A stretch of 64,000 nucleotides of DNA. Source: Candidatus Nitrospinota bacterium M3_3B_026. GTDB lineage: Bacteria > Nitrospinota_A > UBA7883 > JBPRGF01. The notes under the pieces are model-generated. The model was not told the origin of the DNA, did not search any database, and was given only the letters and a program-made list of their open reading frames with translations. The DNA is taken from NCBI GenBank assembly GCA_051418015.1, contig JBPRGF010000026.1:14430-78429 (forward strand), in the 5' to 3' direction. Shown piece after piece: positions 59,260 to 64,000 of the stretch. Made by a program: the position numbers and the translations under genes. The first letter of the stretch is position 1. The number at the start of each line of letters is the position of its first letter.

Positions 59260-59584
59260 TGTTGTTGGACGCCGCGGGCGCGGCGGGCTTCAGACCCCAA
59301 CCCCCAAAAACCCTCCCGCCGGACGACCCGCAGGCGGCGAGAGTCATCGCAAGAAGGAACGCGGAGAGCTTGACGAACGTGTTCAAAAAGCCGATTCCCC
59401 ATCCATCGAAAAGATAACGGGATATTAATACCCGTGGCGGATCAGATCAAGGGGTTTACGGCCCGGCTCCCCCGTCCCCCGTCCGGGCGCCTTTTGCGGG
59501 CGCGCCTGAGTAGACGGCCCATGCCGCGGCGCGAAGTGGAAACGCTTTCAGAACAGCTTCAGACCGGCTTGCGCCGCCTGGACG

Positions 59585-60067
59585 CTACTTGTCCGCCCCT
59601 CCTTCTTCCGAGAGCCTTTCGGCGAGCCTTCGCGCCGCCTTGTGGATGGTCTCGAACGTCTTCTGGAAAAACTCCTCGTCGTGTCCGAGGGGGTCCGGTA
59701 TCTCCTCCCCGGCGCCGTCGCCCGCCAGGGTTCCCATCAGGACCACCTTATCCCGCGCGGACGGGGCCATGGCGAGAACGTCCGCCATGTGCCCCTTTTC
59801 CATCACGACAACCAGGTCCGCCTCGGCCAGCATCTCCGGGGTGAGCTCTCTTGCCCTGTGTCCGCTCATGTCGATCCCCAGCTTCCTCAGCAGGGCCACG
59901 GCCGGCCGCGCCGCGGGCGCGCCCTCCAGCCCCAGCGTCCCCGCCGACTCCACCAGGACGTCCGGCGCCCCGAGCGCCGCAAGCTCCGCCTGCGTCAGGT
60001 ATTCGGCCATCGGCGAGCGGCAAAGGTTGCCCGTGCAGACGAAGAGCGTCCTGCGCGGCTCCGTCAT
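59585..60067 (-). CDS. Low molecular weight protein tyrosine/arginine phosphatase
   Basis: FVCTGNLCRSPMAE P-loop, SAGT, ADLVVVME, IPDP. Confidence 0.92.
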   Translation of the reverse strand: MTEPRRTLFVCTGNLCRSPMAEYLTQAELAALGAPDVLVESAGTLGLEGAPAARPAVALLRKLGIDMSGHRARELTPEMLAEADLVVVMEKGHMADVLAMAPSARDKVVLMGTLAGDGAGEEIPDPLGHDEEFFQKTFETIHKAARRLAERLSEEGGADK

Positions 60068-61353
60068 CGCGGGCTCCCCAGCCTGGCGTCGAACCTGGCC
60101 GCGTCGTCGTATGGCCCCAGGACGGCCATGCGGACCTTTTCCGGGACGAGAAACCGCCGCGCCGCCTCGTTGACATCCTCCAGCGTGACGGCGTCTATCT
60201 CCGCCTTTATCTCCTCCGGCGTCTTCACCTTGCCGTAGAGCGCCTCCCTTGCGGCAAGGAGCGTGGCAAGGCTCATGGAGTTTTCCATGGAAAGGTCGTT
60301 CTTGCCCTTTATGTTTTCCTTGCCTCTCGAAAGCTCCTCGGCGGTGACGCCCTTTTCCGCCATTTTCATGATCTCTTCCATGACCACGGCGATCGCCTCC
60401 TCGAGCTTGTCCACGTTTATCCCCGCCGAGACGTCCAACACCCCCGTGTCCGTGAAAGCCTGCCGCGCTGACCTTATGTAATAGGCCAGCCCCCGGCGCT
60501 CCCTTATCTCGTGGAAAAGCCGGGAAGACATCGTCCCGCCGAGGATGTTGTTCAACACCTTCAGCGCCGGCTGGGCCGCGTCCTCGTCGCCGGGGATGGG
60601 GAAACCGAGGACGAAATGGGCCTGCTCGATGTCCCGCCTTCTCAGCCTGCTCCTGGCCCCGTCCATGGGCTTGTATGGCTCGACGGGCGGCCTCGCCCCT
60701 TGCGGCGCGCCTTCGAAAAACCGTTCGGCGAGGCCGAGGGCGCCGTCCCTTGTTATATCGCCCGCCGCCGCCAGGACGATGTTGTCCGCCGTGTAGCGCG
60801 CCTCGCGGAAGCCGAAAAAATCCTCCCGCGTGAAGGCCCTGATGTTCTCCTCCGGCCCGGCGACGTCCCAGCCCAGGGGCTGGTCGCCGAAAAAGCTCTC
60901 CTTGAAGTCCATCTGGACGCGGCTCATGGGGTCGTCGTTGTACATCCTGATCTCTTCTATGATGACCCCCCGCTCGCGGTCTATCTCCTCCTGGTCGAAT
61001 TTCGAATGAAGCAGCATGTCGGACAGCACGTCGCAGGCCACCTCCGCCTTCGCCGAGGAGAGTTTTACGAAATAGGCCACCGTCTCCTCGCTGGTGAAGG
61101 CGTTGAACACGCCGCCGACGGAGTCTATGGCCGAGGCGACCGCCATGGCGTCGGGGTAGCGCTTCGCGCCCTTGAAGAACATGTGCTCCATGAAGTGCGA
61201 TATGCCGTTTATCCTGCGGTCCTCGGCCCTGGAGCCCGCGGGGACCAGGATCATGACCGTCACGGAGCGGGCGCCGCCCATGGGCGCCGTCATCACCCTG
61301 AGGCCGTTGTCCAGGGTGTCCTTGTAATATGCCTGTTCTGTTTCTACGCTCAT
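60064..61353 (-). CDS. M16 family zinc peptidase (pitrilysin/insulinase)
   Basis: LDNGLRV, GISHFMEHMFFKG (HxxEH), NAFTS, ERGVIIEE, SSRLFHEIRERRGLAY; start at the ATG after the AGGGAG SD. Confidence 0.93.
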   Translation of the reverse strand: MSVETEQAYYKDTLDNGLRVMTAPMGGARSVTVMILVPAGSRAEDRRINGISHFMEHMFFKGAKRYPDAMAVASAIDSVGGVFNAFTSEETVAYFVKLSSAKAEVACDVLSDMLLHSKFDQEEIDRERGVIIEEIRMYNDDPMSRVQMDFKESFFGDQPLGWDVAGPEENIRAFTREDFFGFREARYTADNIVLAAAGDITRDGALGLAERFFEGAPQGARPPVEPYKPMDGARSRLRRRDIEQAHFVLGFPIPGDEDAAQPALKVLNNILGGTMSSRLFHEIRERRGLAYYIRSARQAFTDTGVLDVSAGINVDKLEEAIAVVMEEIMKMAEKGVTAEELSRGKENIKGKNDLSMENSMSLATLLAAREALYGKVKTPEEIKAEIDAVTLEDVNEAARRFLVPEKVRMAVLGPYDDAARFDARLGSPR

Positions 61354-61530
61354 ATCTCCCTGATTCTTGTTCTGTGGTTTCTGGTTTTCGGCGAACTTCT
61401 CCCGTTCAGTATGCTTCATCATACATCATGCCGCCCGGCGAGGACACCGGCGGGGAGCCGCGCGGCCTTGGCGCCGTCCTGAGCCTGTTCATATATGTCC
61501 AGGCCTCAGAATGGTACCGCTTCAGCCCGG

Positions 61531-62214
61531 CTAAACCTCCATGCTTTCGCCGGGGGCCAGGACTTTGGCCTTGCCGCCTTGCGCCTCCACCTTTTTCACG
61601 AAATCCTCCGGCTCGGCGGGGATGATGGGGAACGTTTTGTAGTGCATGGGGATGTTCACCTTCGCGCCCAGGAACTCGGCGGCCTTCACGGCGTCATCGA
61701 TTCCCATGGTAAAGTTGTCGCCGATGGGAAGCAGCGCCGCGTCCAGCGGGCCGTACATCTCGCCGATCAGCTTCATGTCCATGAAAAGCCCCGTGTCTCC
61801 GGCATGGTATATCTTTTTCCCGTCCATGGTGAGGATGGCCCCCGCGGGCGCGCCGAGGGCCTCGCCGTTGGGGCCGGTGGAGCCATGGTGGGCGATGGTG
61901 AGCTTCACGTGGCCGAAGGGAAACTGGGCCCCGCCGCCTATGTGCAAAGGATGCCCCTCGGCGCCCTGGGAGCCGAGGTAGTTCACTATCTCGAAGTTGG
62001 ACACCACCTTCGCGCCGGTCTTCTTGGCGATGGCCACGGTGTCGCCTATGTGGTCGGCGTGGCCATGGGTGACGATTATGCCGTCCATCGTGTCGAAGTC
62101 GTCCGGCCCGGCGTCGGCCAGCTCGTTGCCGGTGAGGAAGGGGTCGATCAACACGCGCTTGCCGCCGTTTGAAACCTCGAAGCAGGAATGACCGTGATAG
62201 CGAAGAGTGACCAT
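61531..62214 (-). CDS. Metal-dependent hydrolase, metallo-beta-lactamase fold (UPF0173)
   Basis: GHSCF, LIDPFLTGN, THGHADHIGD, YHAGDTG, LPIGDNFTMG, PMHYKTFP. Confidence 0.93.
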   Translation of the reverse strand: MVTLRYHGHSCFEVSNGGKRVLIDPFLTGNELADAGPDDFDTMDGIIVTHGHADHIGDTVAIAKKTGAKVVSNFEIVNYLGSQGAEGHPLHIGGGAQFPFGHVKLTIAHHGSTGPNGEALGAPAGAILTMDGKKIYHAGDTGLFMDMKLIGEMYGPLDAALLPIGDNFTMGIDDAVKAAEFLGAKVNIPMHYKTFPIIPAEPEDFVKKVEAQGGKAKVLAPGESMEV

Positions 62215-62379
62215 AGACCTATCTCCCTTTTTTCGAGTTTTCGACTCACCCCATTTCCACCTGAATTAAACACGACCCGCGGCCTGAAAGCAAGGGGGCA
62301 AACGTTGCCCTGATTCCCGGTTAATCAGGTGGAGAACAAGTGAAACGCCGCGCTAATAAAGATTTCCGCGCTTTTAACT

Positions 62380-62463
62380 TCTCCCCTTGATGGGGGAGGT
62401 TTGGGTGGGGGTGTATGATTCTAATACTCCTTCCCCTTAGTCCCCTCCCTCCAGAGGAGGGGA
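62380..62463. repeat. REP-like G/C-tract element, copy 2
   Basis: Same orientation and 40-bp identical core as 59172-59259. Confidence 0.8.
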
Positions 62464-62668
62464 AATTTGTGCGTTGACCCGCCGGATTCCAGTTTTTGAG
62501 AGAGGAATTCCCAGTTTTGAGAAAATAATCGGGTGTTGACTTGATGGAGTCCTTTAAAATCAGTGAGTTGAAAGCGGCATGGATAATGCTAATAATATCA
62601 GCAGGCAGAGCTTGGAGTTTTGGCTCCCGGTTCTGCGATAACGCGACCGGCGCTTGTAGGGGGGCGCC

Positions 62669-62771
62669 GGGCCGTTATGTTTCAGGGAGCCTGAATGAGG
62701 CCCGTGCGCCGCATGTCCTTCCCCGGACATCCGCCGGGCAAGGGGGAAGGTCTCCCTGAATATAACAGCCC
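62669..62771. other. Long imperfect rod-shaped hairpin (candidate ncRNA or MITE)
   Basis: GGGCCGTTATGTTTCAGGGAGCCT pairs with AGGTCTCCCTGAATATAACAGCCC; inner stems GCCCG/CGGGC and ATGTCC/GGACAT. Confidence 0.5.
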
Positions 62772-63129
62772 AGCGGCCATCCTGCCATGGACAGGCCGCC
62801 GCCTTTGGGGCTGGACATTTTTCCGTTTATTCTCAGTTTTTGGAATTTCGTCCCTTTTCCGTTCTCATAAACGGGAACGCCCGGTTTTGCCGCATTGGGT
62901 TGAAAAACCGTCGCCAGCGCCGGGTTTCGTTGATTCCCCTGCTCCAGCAGGCCCGGAAAGCGTTCGGCCCCCGCCAGGTTCTGTAACAGTGGTTAACGTT
63001 ATCGCTCCGGCGCCGATGACACGGCGCGGACGGTATTCGCCGATAACGGCCCGGCGGTCTTCTCAATCGTGGGAAAATCTTTTTACCGGGCGCTGTGTAA
63101 GTGTTTGAAATAGCTATGCGCGGACGTGG

Positions 63130-63145
63130 TGGCACGTCGTATGCA
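63130..63145 (+). promoter_or_regulatory. Sigma-54 (-24/-12) promoter
   Basis: TGGCACG-TCGT-ATGCA with correct GG/GC spacing, about 70 bp upstream of the cytochrome start; IHF-like TAAGTGTTTGAAA at 63098-110. Confidence 0.75.
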
Positions 63146-63220
63146 CAATATTACTTAGAGATGTTGTCTGGAGGGGGGCGCGTTGAATGAGATTGAGTCA
63201 TCGGGGTTTATATGGATATG

Positions 63221-64000
63221 ATGCGCCTGTTCAGGAAACCGCTGGTCCAGGCGGCGATCCTTGCCGTCGCCGCCGCGGCGTTACTTAAGCCGTCCGCGGT
63301 CAGGGCCGACGGGTGGGCCTCCAACACCAAGGCGTCCAACACCGGCAGTATCGTCAACACCCGCCACAACATGACGATGAGCTACCTGCTGGATAACGGG
63401 GGCAACCCGGCATTCATGGACCCTTCGCGCAACGACTACGGCGCGATCTGCGTCTACTGCCACACGCCCCATGGGGCCAACACCCAGATCGATGCCCCGC
63501 TCTGGAACCGGACCAGCCCGGGGAACACATATACGCTTTATAACATCCCGCTGACCTCCGGCCAGTCGCCCACCCAGCCGGGGGTGAACTCCCTGACCTG
63601 TCTTTCCTGCCATGACGGGACCGTGGCCATCGACTCCATCATAAACATGCCAGGCTCCGGCCGATACAGCGCCGCGCAGGAAAACAGCGTAAATACCGGT
63701 TTTTTGGATTCATGGCCAGGGGCCGCCGGCACCCACCGGGCGTTGATAGGGGACTCCGGAAACTCATCCTCCTGTCTCTATTGCCACAGCTCCGGCGGTT
63801 TCATCCCCAGCATACCTTTCGACGTCTTCGCCCTGGGGACGGACCTGACCGACGATCATCCTGTCGGCGTGGAGCTTCCCGACACGAACACCTATGACTT
63901 CAACGCGCCGACGGCGACTGACGGGTCCTTGAAATTCTTTGACCTGGACGCAGACGGCAGGGCCGACTCCAACGAGGTGCGGTTCTACGACAGCGGCGGC
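63221..64000 (+). CDS. Secreted multiheme cytochrome c, OmcE-like (truncated by window end; not in ORF track)
   Basis: Manual translation open to 64000: signal peptide MRLFRKPLVQAAILAVAAAALLKPSAVRA, SIVNTRHN, ICVYCHTPH, PLWNR, SLTCLSCHDG, CLYCH, LGTDLTDDHPVG; alternative in-frame ATGs at 63212 and 63218. Confidence 0.9.
   Translation, partial: MRLFRKPLVQAAILAVAAAALLKPSAVRADGWASNTKASNTGSIVNTRHNMTMSYLLDNGGNPAFMDPSRNDYGAICVYCHTPHGANTQIDAPLWNRTSPGNTYTLYNIPLTSGQSPTQPGVNSLTCLSCHDGTVAIDSIINMPGSGRYSAAQENSVNTGFLDSWPGAAGTHRALIGDSGNSSSCLYCHSSGGFIPSIPFDVFALGTDLTDDHPVGVELPDTNTYDFNAPTATDGSLKFFDLDADGRADSNEVRFYDSGG

Noticed and set aside
59033..59430. ORFs 59033-59386, 59180-59428, 59211-59417 and 59217-59402, one with a lipobox-like start
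   Set aside because: They run through the REP-like repeat and have low-complexity translations; 59033-59386 might be a disrupted lipoprotein start but cannot be supported.
62669..62771. Assignment of the hairpin as SRP (4.5S) RNA, 6S RNA or a known riboswitch
   Set aside because: The SRP CAGG-N-GGAA-N-AGCAG core is not matched, it is too short for typical 6S, and I recognise no riboswitch consensus; left unassigned.
62993..63046. Sigma-28-like -10 elements GCCGATGA and GCCGATAA upstream of the cytochrome
   Set aside because: No correctly spaced TAAA -35; the sigma-54 element explains the region better.

Overview
GC-rich bacterial chromosomal window that is mostly core genome. The gene repertoire resembles Nitrospinota or Desulfobacterota-type organisms, but that placement is inference only. 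In order it holds: (1) the end of the spc/alpha ribosomal operons (rplO-secY-adk-map-rpmJ-rpsM-rpsK-rpsD-rpoA-rplQ); (2) nfeD, a REC-GGDEF cyclase, ileS-lspA, a PilZ protein, ispG-purD-dppABC, pyrE and a MEMO protein; (3) a divergent hda/mutL pair whose intergenic region looks like a DnaA/IHF-bound origin-type locus; (4) a hybrid kinase, a galT-like/glgA/GAF kinase/response regulator operon, yajC-secD-secF, hsp20-lon, tRNA-Ser(GGA) and metG; (5) a pentaheme cytochrome c plus Rieske/cytochrome b6/subunit IV operon; (6) a long minus-strand run with a PilZ gene, a Maf-type (flagellin) glycosylation cluster, an alternative sigma-70 factor, rimO, cutA, IHF/HU and folE. The most striking item is at the right edge and is absent from the ORF track. 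It is a secreted multiheme cytochrome c with the motif order of the Geobacter OmcE nanowire family, plus an extra heme motif and an EF-hand-like loop. Upstream of it are a well-formed sigma-54 promoter, an IHF-like site and a repeated palindromic motif TTCYCA-N4-TGRGAA. No CRISPR array, rRNA, transposase or integrase is visible.
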